A stretch of DNA of 64,000 bases, taken from Eledone cirrhosa. Its lineage: Eukaryota. The number at the start of each line of letters is the position of its first letter. Position 1 is the first letter of the stretch. Location: NCBI GenBank assembly GCA_964016885.1, contig OZ024740.1, positions 358,732,001 to 358,796,000 on the forward strand, written 5' to 3'. This document shows, piece by piece, positions 14,129 through 26,961 of the stretch. The notes beneath the pieces are model-generated. The model was not told the DNA's origin. It saw nothing but the letters and a program-made list of their open reading frames with translations, and ran no database searches. The position numbers and the translations under genes are program-made.

Positions 14129-14475
14129 AGATATTTGCTTTGAGTCATGCACCTTGTAGTCAGTATTGTTGAATTTCCTTGTCTATTTCACCCCTATTCC
14201 CGTTTTCGGGTATTGACCATATAAGGGTTTTTCTCGCTATAGTTTTAGCATGGCATTCTGAATATCTGTTTTCAGATTCTATTTAGTCTTTCCACAACTT
14301 CTGCTGTTGTTTCTCCTTATTTTTTTCTGTTCATTATCTTCATAACGTGTTATCAATTCAGCTTAATTTCTAATTGTTTGCTTCCTTAAACACAGAAAAC
14401 AATGTTTTGCTTTGTTTACGCTTCACAGTTATTTGTATTAACTCTCCGATATTCTTCAGCGAATAGTTTATAATA

Positions 14476-14686
14476 CAGGGTGTTTAAAAAAATTGATGTC
14501 ATTTGAGATGTAAATATCCCAGAAACTACCAATATATATCATGAATTAATGTTATAATCTTGACAATTTTTGAGGAATAAATCTTATGTTGCTCAACATT
14601 AAGCCTGCTCAATTTGGTTGTCCTAGTCTTTGTAGTTTCTGCGATATTTACATCACAAATGATATCTAATTTTTTGAAACACCCTG
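14476..14686. mobile_element. Tc1/mariner-type MITE
   Basis: About 50-bp imperfect TIRs (CAGGGTGTTT...ATTTGAGATGTAAATATC..AGAAACTAC / GTAGTTTCT..GATATTTACATCACAAAT...AAACACCCTG) flanked by a TA duplication. Confidence 0.85.
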
Positions 14687-15047
14687 TAGCTTTCTACCTA
14701 CATAATCCCTCTACATGCCATATCTATTCGTGGTAAATATAAACTTTCTACATCTTACTTTGTGGGGTGTATTCTAAATGTAGCCATAATTTTTTCTGTC
14801 TAGGTCTGTTAGTTCGTTTAGTGTCCAAATACGAATATAAAAACCTATTGCTTATTTCTGGGACAGCTTGTGTATTGATGTATATAGCCTTAATCTTTGC
14901 ATTTTGTTCTGTCTTATGTCGTACTCTAATGCTTCCATAGTATTTCTTTCTAATTTTTCTTAAATTTGTATCTGTTGTACACTGTCTATTTTCTTGATTT
15001 CTAAGAATGTTCTGTGCTGCTGAATTGTAATATAATTCAGCTTAAAT

Positions 15048-15930
15048 TTATTTATTCAACACAAAATCTCTCAATGTCACGAAAATCCATTGGCATAATA
15101 TAAAAACAATTGAATAGTATCTGATAAAAAAAAACACCATTAAAGGGGAGAGAAAAGGAAGAAAAAAGGAAAACGAAAATGAGGAAAAGAAAAAAAGGAT
15201 TAAGTAACAAAAGTAAAAGAGCGGGGTAGGGGCAGACAATACACGCCAATTTGAGCGGTACCTCAGTCGCACCCCATGAACAAGCAACCGCTTTCCTCAG
15301 TAAGAAGAGCGCCGGTTGCGCGACAATGAGGCGCACTCTTTGCGTTATCCTCATCAACTCAGCATACTTGGTCTCTTTCGGGAGGATTGGAGAGCCAAGA
15401 ATGTAGACGGTGATCTTCAGTGTCACCCGAGCCCCAGTCAGGACAAGATCGATTCTGAGTACGGTGTCTTGGAATTCGACTTCTCTCTAGCTCACATTTT
15501 GACCCCGTACTCGGACAGTTTGATCTCCAGTACTGGCTGGGTGATGTCATCAACAACCATCGCCAAAAACATTTGATCGAGTGGGTCCCCTTTCTGGACA
15601 CCTGTCGCGGTGTGTGGCGAGAATAAGTCTCTGAGGTGGCCGGGTCGCAGGTAATCCACACCCCCGCTGCCGCTCCCGGGGAGGGATCCCAGGACTGCTG
15701 TCACATCCTCATCAGCTGCGAACACGGCGGCAACACTCTCAGGTATCAGGAAATCCATGGTGTTGGCCGGTGAATCCGGGTGCTTGAGACGGAGAACGGC
15801 CAGGACCTTTGGTGTAGGCTGGAGTACCGTGTCGCTGGAGGCCAGCACATGCACGGCAACAGAAACATCGTCCTCGATTACATAAGGGGACTGTGCTATT
15901 GGTGTAGATGTGCTGTGTGGAAGAGACAAA
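15048..15930 (-). mobile_element. Internally deleted CRE-type retrotransposon RT remnant
   Basis: SLPGSGSGGVDYLRPGHLRDL, GVQKGDPLDQMFLAM, ILGSPI and PALFLLRKA resemble CRE RT motifs. Confidence 0.65.
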
Positions 15931-15991
15931 AAGCTGATTGATGCCGATGATGATCAGCGTAATGATCTTGAAATGTTTGTATGGCTTAACA

Positions 15992-16183
15992 TAATTGTTT
16001 CTACTTTTGGCACAAGGCCAGCAATTATCCCAGTGTATTACTGGTACTTTATTTTATCGACCCCGTAAGGATGAAAGGCAAAGTTAACCTCGGCGGGATT
16101 TGAACTCAGACCATAAAGGGACGTAACTGTGCTGCAAAGCATGGCGTCCGACCCTCTACCAATACTGCCAATCCACCGCCCTT
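15992..16183 (-). mobile_element. SINE family A with 16-bp TSD
   Basis: TATGGCTTAACATAAT on both sides. Confidence 0.9.
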
Positions 16184-16535
16184 ATGGCTTAACATAATAC
16201 TATCCAAGAAGGTGGACGTATTAAATATTAGTGGCAATGCTATATATTACATCGAAGGAATTATCTGAAATTGAAAACATTTTGTATATATATTAATCCT
16301 CTGTTGTCACCACATTGAAGATAATTAAGACCCGATATATTCATATTTTGCACACGATAATGAACAACAGTAAATGAGAAGACGCAACAAAGTCCATTTT
16401 TAAATTCGTGCATAAGAAGAAAAATTCGAAACCAAATGAGTTCGATTTCGATCCAATTGCAAAAACATATACACATGCATACACAAGGTCATACATAGAA
16501 ACATACATATAATACACACATCCACGCGCGCGCGC

Positions 16536-16576
<41 letters not shown>

Positions 16577-16705
16577 CGTGTGTGTGCTTGTATGTATTTA
16601 TGAATATAAAGCTCTTAAATCGATGCTTCATAGCGAGACAAAATATATGTACATATGCATATTGTATATGTGTAAGGGACCTATATAAGCATGTATATAT
16701 ATATA

Positions 16706-17378
16706 TACCAATGATGGTTGGAAGATCACTGATGAAGGACTAACTTTATTCACATGTAACCCATTAGCAACCCCGCAGCACGTTTATTCTCATATTTACA
16801 CATATTTTTTCCCCCGCTGTGACCCGTCTATTTCGTTCTTACTGCTTCCTCTTTCTCTGTATCTTTACCCTCTCTAGCAGTCACTCTCTCTGTTAGCCTC
16901 TTCCTGACCCTTCACTCACTCATTCTCTGTTACTACCTCTCCTCCTCCTCCTTCTTCCCGTTTGACCCCTCCGTAATTCTTTTCTTTCGCACCCTTGGTC
17001 TGGCAGGTCGCTTTTTTTCTCTCTCTCGTCTACGATTTCACAGAACTTATGTTTACCGAATTCACAGACTAGATCCCTTCTTCCTCCCGTTAGACCTGTA
17101 CGGAATTCCTTCCTTGCTCACATTTCAACCAGGTTTGATGGTCTTTATTCTCTCTCGTTAACGATTTCACCGAATTTAAATTCATAGAAATTTGGGACTT
17201 GACTCCTTCTTCCTCATTTTTCGTTGCTTCACCATCTTTGTTTGTTTACACTCGTGTCCCCTTCATTTACGTGTCCCAACGACTTTTTTTAGCCGTTGCT
17301 CGCACCAACCGGAGGTATATGGTCTTTAAAGCGATGAAATACCAATGATGGTTGGAAGATCACTGATGAAGGACTAAC

Positions 17379-17384
<6 letters not shown>
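16706..17384 (+). mobile_element. Non-coding unit with 45-bp terminal direct repeats (PLE pLTR/retrozyme-like)
   Basis: TACCAATGATGGTTGGAAGATCACTGATGAAGGACTAACTTTATT at 16706-16750 and 17340-17384; (TA)n on both flanks. Confidence 0.6.
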
Positions 17385-17416
<32 letters not shown>

Positions 17417-17477
17417 CCTACACATACACACATAGAAACAATTGCTCTACCCCGCATATATATATATATATATAAAC

Positions 17478-17553
<76 letters not shown>

Positions 17554-17854
17554 CGACATCCGGATGGTCGAACAAATGCACTATGACGAACAAAGCTGCC
17601 CTGTAATACTGTGTGCTTCTGGATTTTCTTCTAATATGCCGAGGCCAACTTTACCTTTTATTACTTACACAATCGCTGAAATAACTAACACATTACTGGA
17701 ACCAGCCAGAGAAAAAATAATTCTAAAACCAAGGAGTATTTCAAATTGGTGATTAAATAAAACGATTAAAAACATTAACACTAACAAGAGAATTGGCCTA
17801 CAAAGTGTGGTCAAAATACGTTCAAAACAAAACAAAAATATTATTTGTTAACTG

Positions 17855-18050
17855 ATTGGCAGTATCAATAGAGCGCTGGACACCATGCTTCGTAGCATAG
17901 AGTCCTTTACGTTCTGATTTCAAATCCCACCAAGGTTAACTTTGCCTTACAGGGTCGATAAAATAAAGCACCAGTAACGTACTGGCGTCGATTTTATCGA
18001 CTTTCCCCTCCCTCCAAATTAATGGTCATGTGCCTATACTAGAAATCATT
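17855..18050 (+). mobile_element. SINE family A variant
   Basis: GATTGGCAGTATC...TTCAAATCCC...GGGTCGATAAAATAAAGCACCAG. Confidence 0.8.
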
Positions 18051-18648
18051 ATTTGTTAACAGTTTCGAATGTAAAGTAATATCGATTGAATGCGGGTATA
18101 CTTCTCAGGAAGTAGGTTGTCTGGAGCAATTGGTTTACTCAGAATAATCTGGTTAAATTTACGTGGTCGAAGTGAAGATATAAGAAAGCCTGTATATGAA
18201 TTTATGAATATATATGACCCTATTTGAGTTAGAAGGTATTGTAAATATCTTTCATGTACTGCTGTGCTAATAATGATTTTTGTTCGATTGGTTGTAAACC
18301 AGTTTTGTGCAAAGTTTATAGTCGATTCAATCAAACGCCAATATTTTACTGTTACATATTTTATGATGCCAGTAAAAATAACTGGCAAAGTTAGTCACAT
18401 TATTCAGTTTGAGAAACTATGTAACCTTAATCACGACTTATTTATTACTCGTCTGTACTTATTCTGAAATCACAAAGACCTTAAAATGCTTTCGAATAGG
18501 GGAGGAAATGGGTGTAAATATCTAAATCAATCACCAGTGCAGTTATAAACACATGATTCTCGGTTAGTGAGTGTACTTTCATGCACCGTGGGCAACTATC
18601 TTTTCTCATAGCCTAGGTCAATCAATGCAAAAGATAAAATGTTTGTGT

Positions 18649-18712
<64 letters not shown>

Positions 18713-19379
18713 ACACAAACATTTTCTCTTTAAATAAGCTCAATGGACCTTAGTTAAGAGCATCAATAATTCAAATTTAAATTATATATTTTGATAGAGA
18801 GAAGGAATCATATATCATTTGAGAAATACATACCATTTTGTAGCCATATATAATAAAAATAATATTCAGGAAAAAAATACATACTTAAGGTGGAAAATGT
18901 TAGATATCCTGAAAGTAATGTTTCGTAGACAAAGACGTCAGCTATATGAAAATTGATCTAAGCAATCGATTATCGATTACCAACTATCAATTTCGATAAA
19001 GCCAAGGACCTACTTATCAGAGGAATTATCTTTAGATATGTTGCACACTGTACCATGTTGAGTTGAAGCTCATTCAGACTCTCTCCTTTCTGCCCCATCG
19101 AGTGTCTACTGGCTGAGGAAGGAAGCCGATATATTTGAAAAGGGCCTTTCCAGTGTGATTTTTTTTATTGTTTAAGCTGAGGCATTGAAATCGTCAACAT
19201 CTTCATAGAATGCTTTGAATCTCAGGGTGCAGTTATGAAGGGGATGCGCAACTCATGTCACATGAAAACAATTGGGATAAAGCATCTTTCTTATTTCACC
19301 TACTATATATTTGTGTCTCTCCTTTGCTTAATCCTAACGATCTGTTCTACACCAGAAGATGGTATATAATAAAACAGAC

Positions 19380-19627
19380 CAGATAAAAACAAACCAAATT
19401 AGTCACTGAGGAAGTCACAGAACTTGTGACGAAAGAACGTCGACAATAAACAAATAAATAATTATTCCGTTAATAAACTAACCAACTGGAAGTTTATAAT
19501 AAATTGAATTGAAAACAAAAAGGTGCATGTGTATTTATTGGCAACATGACCCTCCCAAAGTATGACAATATCAGTTTCAACTCACTTTTTCAGATGAGAA
19601 ATCTTGCAAAACAAATACAAAAACGAA

Positions 19628-19628
<1 letters not shown>
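19380..19628 (+). mobile_element. Solo PLE pLTR fragment, same family as 55612-55900
   Basis: TATTGGCAACATGACCCTCCCAAAGTAT and neighbouring blocks match 55612-55870 in reverse complement; ends in (TA)n. Confidence 0.8.
19402..19444 (+). ncRNA. Minimal type I hammerhead ribozyme, degenerate
   Basis: CTGAGGA-a-GTCACA/TGTGAC-GAAA-gaacgTC; weak stem I (GTC/GAC); followed by AATAAA. Confidence 0.6.
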
Positions 19629-19720
<92 letters not shown>

Positions 19721-19721
19721 A

Positions 19722-20815
19722 AGAATGAATAATAACAGGTAGACATCATAAAAAGGTAATTTATTCCGTGTGCTTACAAATGTTTCCACGGTGGTACTAC
19801 AGCCTAGTTATGCTATGTGCAAATTTACAAGTATTTGCAGAACTCAAATATCCAATGCTGTGACCACTGTATCCTCAGAGCAGAATGGTAAAATGTACAA
19901 TGAAATACCCTTAAGTGGGGTTGTTGGGGAAGATAGAGTAGAAAAGGAAGAGAGAAAAGTAGGGGAGAGGGAGAGAGAGAGAAAGATATGCAGGGGTTGG
20001 AGAAGTAGGAGAGAGTGGTTTGTAGATATCTTAATCAAAATGTTATGGTAGGGCTTTTATTATACTGGTTACTTTTGGAGAGATGCGTTGATAGTTAAGG
20101 TCGGAATTATTTATTGCCCCGGAGGGCAGGTTCATAGATGTGGAGAGGGAGGTAGGCCAAAGGCGAGGGAGAGAGAGTGTAATGGATGTAGAGAGAGAGG
20201 TAGAGAGGGGACAGACGAAGTTTATGTGGTGAGTGAACTTTGGCTTTGTAGTAGTAATCTACGAATTGCACTGAGTTACCATTTATAGTGATAAGCAGTG
20301 TATTGTCTTGTAGTGTGGGGGAAGAGAAGGTGGTTGGCTAGAAAGCGATGTTATAGTTACGGGTTCGAATGTTAAGTTATTTTATAGTGAGAGAATTTAG
20401 CTTTTAGTTTGTGGTTGCAGTATAATGATCGTTCAATTCTATCGTTAAGTAATTTGTTTTTGGATTTTAATATGTAAAAGAATTCAAGGTTACATAACCT
20501 GCAGTAATTCAATCCACTCCGATATGCACTTGCGCTGGAAAGTATATCCCATTTTAAGGTGAACTGTTGGTTGCGTTCACGGAGTTGCCAGGTCTTGTTG
20601 GCGAGCGTGGTCACAAAACGGTGATTAGGATGTTTGATTGAGAATCGATGACGGTACCAGCGAGATTTAAACGAGGTGGTGGTAGATCCGATATAATACC
20701 ATTTCTGGTTGTTCGATTCAACCGTGCATTGGTAAACAATGTTTGACTTTAGGCATTCATTCTTCAATGGACATCTTTCAGGTAGATGGCAGTTACAAGT
20801 GGGTGCGTGTGATAA
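19722..20815 (-). mobile_element. 5'-truncated PLE: GIY-YIG endonuclease, 3' UTR and pLTR
   Basis: ORF 20372-20767 has NIVYQC..YYIGST..FKSRWYRH..CRLCNLE; CNC..CPL upstream; HHR downstream. Confidence 0.9.
19771..19882 (-). ncRNA. Type I hammerhead ribozyme with extended stem II
   Basis: Stem I TGCT/AGCA; CTGAGGA; stem II TACAGTGGT...ACCACCGTG; GAAA; A-catttg-T; GUA site. Confidence 0.75.
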
Positions 20816-22214
20816 GGAGGGGGGAGGAGGAGAAGAGGGGAGGGAAGGGATGTTAGTATGTTAGTTGGGGAAGGGTGGTCAGATGAGGGGTGTAGTGGAG
20901 GTGTTAGTATTGTTAGTGTGGGGTGGGCGGTGAAAAGGAGGGGTGTGTTAGTGGTGTTAGTGGGGGATAAGTGTGGGGGGAGGGGGGCGGTCGAACGCTA
21001 AAGGAATAAGGGTGGGGAGTTCAGGCCGGGGGGAGTGTGGGTCTGTAAGATGAAGATAGTGCGTTGTTCGACCGTAAGGCGATGGGCGGGTGTTCCGTGG
21101 CACTGGAGTAGGCCACAGACTGTGAGATGGCGTGCGGAGTGTCCAGGGCCACCAAAGTGGCGGGCGATGGGGGAACTGCCCCCGAGACGAATATCCCGGA
21201 GGTGCTCCGTGACTCGGTCCGCCAGGCGACGTCCCGTCTGTCCGACATAAGTCGCGCTGCACTCCGTGCAACGAAGTCCGTAGACTAGGTTGGAGGAGGT
21301 GCAGCGGAAGGCATGCCGGACCGAGAGAGAGAGTGGCCGTTGGGACCCTGGAAGGTGGTGGTGTTGGTGATGTGGGGACAGGTGTTGCAGCGGGGCCTAG
21401 AACAGGGGAAGGAACCGGGGGGGGGACCGGAGCGTGGGTTGGGGGGTATGGAGCTGTGGACGAGGAGGGTGCGGAGATTGCGTGCGCGTTTGAAGGAGGG
21501 GGGTGGTGGGGTTGGGAAGATGTGGGAGGTGGAGGGGTCGGACTGGAGGCGTCGGAAGAGGCGGCGGATGGTGCGGTGGAGGGGTAAGGTGGAGGGGTGG
21601 TAGGTGATGGGGAAGGGGAGCGTTGGGTGGGTGTGCGGTGGCGTGGGGTGAGGGTGGTGGAGCGGGGGATAGCAGGGGCGCGGGTGAGAGCGGTGTAGAC
21701 GAGAGCGGGGGGGGGGGGGTAACCTCTGCGGATGAAATGGCTGACTAGGGAAAGGGCTTGGGACTCGAAGTCAGCATCACGGCTACAGAGTCGGCGGATC
21801 CTGAGAAGTTGGGAGTAGGGAATGGAGAGTTTAGTGTGGGTGGGGTGGGAAGAGGTGAAGTCGAGGTAAGAGTGGGAGTCGGTGGGTTTGAAGAAGGCGG
21901 AGGTGACGAGGGAGTGGTGGGAGGGGTCGAAGGCGACGGAGATGTCTAAGAAGTGGACGTGGGTGGTGGAGATAGAGGTGGTGAAGTGGAGGGAGGGGTG
22001 GAAGGAGCAGAAGAAGGAGAGAAAGGAGTCGAGCTGTACTCGGGTGAGGGTCGTGGCTCCGATACAGTCGTCAATGTAACGACCGTACAGTTCGGGCGTG
22101 GGGCCGGTGTACTGGGCAAAGATTTGGGCCTCAACATGGCCAACAAAAAGGTTGGCATAGTTCGGGCCCATTCTTGTGCCCATGGCTACCCCCGTGACCT
22201 GTTGGTAAAACTCA
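20816..22214 (-). mobile_element. Neptune-like PLE, 5'-truncated and frameshifted (RT, thumb, GIY-YIG)
   Basis: GVAMGTRMGPNYANLF, YGRYIDD, FKPTDSHSYL..SSHP..KLSIPYSQLLRIRRLCS; an alternate frame gives YVGQTGRRLADRVTEH. Clade name is inference. Confidence 0.9.
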
Positions 22215-22262
22215 TATATATATATGTATGTATGTATGTATATATATACACACATATATATA

Positions 22263-22321
22263 TAGTCCAGAAATAGCCGTCGAAACGGCTTGAGCTCTGC
22301 CGTGGGGGTTTAACATTTCCC
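22263..22321 (+). repeat. Short truncated copy of the 57487-family HHR 3' half
   Basis: TAGTCCAGAAATAGCCGTCGAAACGGCTTGAGCTC matches 57534-57568. Confidence 0.75.
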
Positions 22322-22335
22322 TATATATATATATC

Positions 22336-24552
22336 TTGGTTTTCCATCGTAAACGATGATGACATCTTCTTTATCTTAGTTCCCGTCTACCATGGGCACG
22401 AAGGTGGCTGTGGAGGCCGATCCTTGACTTGCAGGTCTGGGGACAGTGGGGAAGGGGAAGTGACCGGAGTCGCTTGGGGCAGCTGTTGATGCCTTTCTCC
22501 TACTTTCACGGGCCTCAGTGATCTCTGCCCGTCTCTTCTCTTCAAAAGAGTCTTTGGCGCGTCAGGTAAGGGCTCGCCACTCAGTCCTGTCCTGAGCATG
22601 AGACTCGAGTTGTTTTGGTGCGATTCCAGTGTTGTTGATACTGGACTTCACGCAGTCTTTGAACCTCTTGAGAGGCCTGCCCCGCTTTCGTTTCCCGAAC
22701 AGAGTCCCCCATACATCAGTTGCTTCGGAAGCCTGTGATCGTCCATCCGGATGACATGTCCCACCCATCAAAGTCGGCTCTTCAGTATCATAGCTTCGAC
22801 ACTGGTTGTCTCAGCCATATCAAGAACTTCGATGTTGTAGACCTTGTTCTGCCATTTGATGTTCATGATTGACTGCAGGCTGCGAATGTGGAACCGTTCC
22901 AGCTGCTTCAGGTGCCTTCTGTACAGGGTCCATGTCGCACATCCGTAGAGGAGGCTGGTGAGAACAACAGTCCTGTACACCTTGAGCTTGGTGGACTGAC
23001 TGATGTTGTGTTGGTTCAGGACGCGTGTCCTCAGGCGGCCGAGGGCTTGACTGGCCTTGCAGATTCTGGCGTTTATCTCCTTGTCGAGGCTTCCATCGCT
23101 GCTGATGACACTGCCGAGATACTTGAAGTCGTCCACCGTCTTTAGCTGGGTGCCTCCGATGGAGATAGAAGGAGGGTGGGCGACGGAGGCAGGTGCAAGC
23201 TGCAACAGGACCTCAGTCTTGCCAAGGTTTTTTTTGTGAGACCGAAGAGGCAGGAGGCCTCCGCGAACTTGTTGACGATGAGTTGGATGTCAGACTCCTT
23301 GTGAGCCATGAGGGCACAGTCGTCAGCAAAAGTGCCTCCAGGACGATCTCTGCACGGTCCTTGTCTTGGCCGTCAGGCGCCGCAGGTTAAACAGGGAGCC
23401 GTCCAGTCTGTATCGCAGATACACTCCGTGCTCGAGGTCTCTGATGGCATGATTGAGCACGCAGGTGAAGAACAAGTTGAAGAGGACGGGAGTCAGCACG
23501 CATCCTTGCGTGACGCCGTTGGTGATTCCGAACGGCTCCGATGCCTCTCCGCCCGTGCGCACATGCCCGGTCATGTTGTCCTGGAATTGCCGTATCAGGT
23601 TCACAAACTTTGTCGGGCATCCAAACTTCGACAGGATCGACCAGAGAGCTTCTCTGTTGACAGTGGCGAATGCCTTCGTCAAGTCTATGAAGACGGCAAA
23701 GAGGTTCATTGTTCTGCTCGACACACTTCTCCTGCACCTGGCGTACAGAGAAGATCATATTCGATCGTGTTGTGGTTTGGGCGGAACCTACACTGGGCCT
23801 CAGGCAGGTTGTCCTCCGAGATGTTGGCAATGAGGCGGTTGAGCATGACCCGAGCCAGGACCTTCCCAGCGATGGCCAGGAGAGAAATGCCCCGATAGTT
23901 GCCACAGTCAGTTTTGCTGCCTTTGTTCTTAAAAAACGAGACAACAGTGGTATCCCTGAAGTCTTTAGGCACCTCTTCTTCCTCCCATATACTGACGAGG
24001 AGGGTATGGAAGGCCCCCAGGGCAGCTGGACCGGCCGACTTGAAGATCTCGACAGGAATCCCGTCCTTCCCAGGGGCTTTCCTGAGCTGGTCTGGTTGAT
24101 TGCCTTCGTGACTTCATCCAACGTGGTGGTGGGGGCGGGGGTCGAGGCTGCCGACTACGGGCTTTTGTGGGACCTGGTCGAGCGCGGTAGGGTCGACAGT
24201 GGAGGGCCTGTTGAGCAGGTTGCTGAAGTGCTCTCTCCACCTCGAGTTGATGCTGCTCTTCTCCTTCAGCAGGATCGAGCCGTCAGCAGACAGCAGCGAT
24301 GTGGTGACAGGTTTGGAGGGTCCGTAGACGTCCCCGATGGTGCTGAAGGAGATCTTGGAGTTCTTTGTGTCAGCGTATCTCTCGACTTCTTCGGCCTTCT
24401 TTTTCCATCACTTGTCCTGTATTCTGCGTAGCGCTGCTTGGGTCTGCCTCTGGAGGTGCTTGAAGCGGTCGCGCTTCTAGGTGGAGGAGCAGTCATTCTG
24501 CCACTCAATGAAAGCCCTCCTCTTCTTGTCCAGTAGTTGTCTGTGTTATTCA
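22336..24552 (-). mobile_element. RTE-clade LINE, 5'-truncated and frameshifted
   Basis: KNKGSKTDCGNYRGISLLAIAGKVLAR, FIDLTKAFATVNR, GVTQGCVLTPVLF, FKYLGSVIS, LLYGCATWT, RGRPLKRFKD. Confidence 0.95.
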
Positions 24553-24554
24553 AA

Positions 24555-24682
24555 GTGGCCTAGTGGTTAATGTGTTTGGTTTACGATATTTCAGTCGTGA
24601 GCACGATTCCCGCTGGCGCGTTGTTGTTTTTAGCAAGTTACTTTATTTTACGTTGCTCCAGTCCACTCAGCTGATAAAAATG
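24555..24682 (+). mobile_element. tRNA-derived SINE, family B
   Basis: A box GTGGCCTAGTGGTTA, degenerate B box, then AGCAAGTTACTTTATTTTACGTTGCTCCAGTCCACTCAGCTG. Confidence 0.7.
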
Positions 24683-25594
24683 ATATGATTTAGTTAATGT
24701 TTCACGCTTTTCACTAAACTGAACATGCTGTGAAAAGAAGATAGTATTTGAAACCTACTGACTATTTATCGTTGGGACACACTTCACTCAGACTGACAAA
24801 CAATCCCGCTTGTCAGAAACGCGGAAATGTGAATAAATGTAAAAATTCATATACCATTAAAGACTGCTTAAATACATAGATTAAGTAAATGTTTTCAGTG
24901 AGTTTTATGTGATATGCGTACCATAATATAAGAGTATCGGGATTAGGTACATATTTATAGTAAGCATCGAGGGAGCTAACTTGAGAGGGGTTGAGATGAA
25001 TACTCTAATAGTTAATGTTTACACACACAAAGATAAAATAAAACACGCGCACTCACGAAATACACCACCTGCGTATAACATTACAAATGATAAATTCGGA
25101 CGATTCATAAGCGCCTCTGCATAAAATCTGGAACACAGGACTACTTGCCAGTCTATTTCCCCATAAACTCTTATAAGACGTCGTGTAATACTTTTCATCA
25201 TGAACTATATATATATGTATATATATATATATAACTTCTGTCCATCAGCTGAATATAATAATGAAGTCCACCTATTTTGCCATTACAATTTCCTATGACA
25301 ACAGGCTGGATACGGTGTTGGATCGTCGCATCTATTCGTCTGCGGTCGATTTCGGAAAGCTTAATGGCCGTCAGTGAAAATAATCTGGCATAAAACTCTG
25401 AACAAAATCCACAACAAATATTCCCGAGGGAGACCACATGTCCAACTGAATCGTGCAAATATGCCTGTTGTTGAATCAATCTTGCTGGAGTCGCAGCTAC
25501 AGAGGGTTGGAATGTAATTCGTATGGAGGATGCTAGGACCCATAAGGCGAGGACTCTCAAAAGTACATTATAACGATGTCGTCAAACGTCAATT

Positions 25595-25633
<39 letters not shown>

Positions 25634-25634
<1 letters not shown>

Positions 25635-26961
25635 TTAGGGTAAACATTGATGCAATTCAATTCAAGCACTCAGCGTACTTATTCCACATAGGAGTGACGG
25701 AGTAAATATTGAATAAGGAAAAGCGAAGTAGTTTCAGATGTTCAAGTCTTTTAATAATAATGCTGTGATATATATTTCAATGGCGACAGTGGCCACACTG
25801 TTTTGTGTGCCAGTGTCGCGACATCGTCAGACAGCTTGTTACATAATAAGGTTATGTTTCCGAGGCAATCCAAATTGAATCGATATGGGAACGGACGAAG
25901 TGTGTGCTTTTGGGTTCTTCATCTGTTCCCCTGTGAGTACCAATTCACCCCCATCGGTCTGCGCAGGCGCAGGTCCGAAGGAAGTTGACCATTAGCTACC
26001 GCAGATTTCAACGAAATTCGCTTAGTCTGTTCCCCCTCTCAGCAAAACAATGACCCATTCAGGCCTGTACCATAGTTTACTGCTACCCATCCCGTCTGTG
26101 GCAGTCAGCCGAAAGCCAGAGGGGATGCGAGAGTGTTAGTATTTACAGGTCACAATACTACCTCTCACCAAGCGTGGACACTACAACTGACCATCAACCC
26201 CTAAGAGAAAATATACTTAATTCTAAGTATCATGGTTTCACATTGGAAGTTATGAGTGAGAGTTGGAAATAAAAATTAAAATTTAAAATCGAAAATCCTA
26301 AATCAAATATCAGAAATTACAAATTAAAAAATTTTTCAAGTGAGCATCCGGATTGAGGTGAGTAAAAAAAATATATAGATTGAAGTGAGTAAATAATATG
26401 CAGAGATGTTTAAGTAAGAAGTCCTGAAAGGGGTACTAATGTCACAGTTACACTATCCACATACTGAACGATAGTAACGTACAGTAGAACGGAGGGTAAA
26501 TTACAGTATGACAGGCAGTAGTCAATCGGGTACATAGTCATAATTTCCATCACATGGAACAAAACAAAAAAAAACGATATAAAGTACACAAAAGAAAAGA
26601 ACCAATAATGAATAAATGCAAAAACACAGAGTACATATATGCAAAATGATCCATATGATTGTCAATTTGTCCATGTATAGATTGAATTGAGGAGGCTTCT
26701 GTTCAAATGCGATTTGGTGCAGGAAAATAGGGGTTTATCTTTGTTTTTGTTTCCGCGTATTTATCCTGCCGAAAGTTATTATTATGTTCGTCCAGTGTCA
26801 GGGGTTTCCATCCCCATGGTAGAGGGAATTTCCGGGTGTAGCTCGTGGTTGGTTCCTCTCTTCTCCACCATATCGGTTACATCATAGAGCGCTCAACTAA
26901 TTGGAGCTAAATTCTTAGAGTAAACATTGATGCAATTCAATTCAAGCACTCAACGTACTTA
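25634..26961 (-). mobile_element. Non-coding HHR-bearing unit with 48-bp terminal direct repeats
   Basis: CTTAG(G/A)GTAAACATTGATGCAATTCAATTCAAGCACTCA(G/A)CGTACTTA at 25634-25681 and 26914-26961. Confidence 0.7.
25762..25835 (-). ncRNA. Type I hammerhead ribozyme
   Basis: Stem I GCTGT/ACAGC; CTGACGA; long stem II (GCGACA/TGTCGC, TGGC/GCCA, ACAC/GTGT) with an irregular base; GAAA; A-tatata-T; AUC site. Confidence 0.75.

Noticed and set aside
23308-24431. Plus-strand ORFs of 196 and 240 aa
   Set aside because: Antisense shadows of the GC-rich RTE coding sequence.
26175-26210. TDHQPL peptide resembling Gypsy RNase H
   Set aside because: Isolated hexapeptide without flanking pol motifs.
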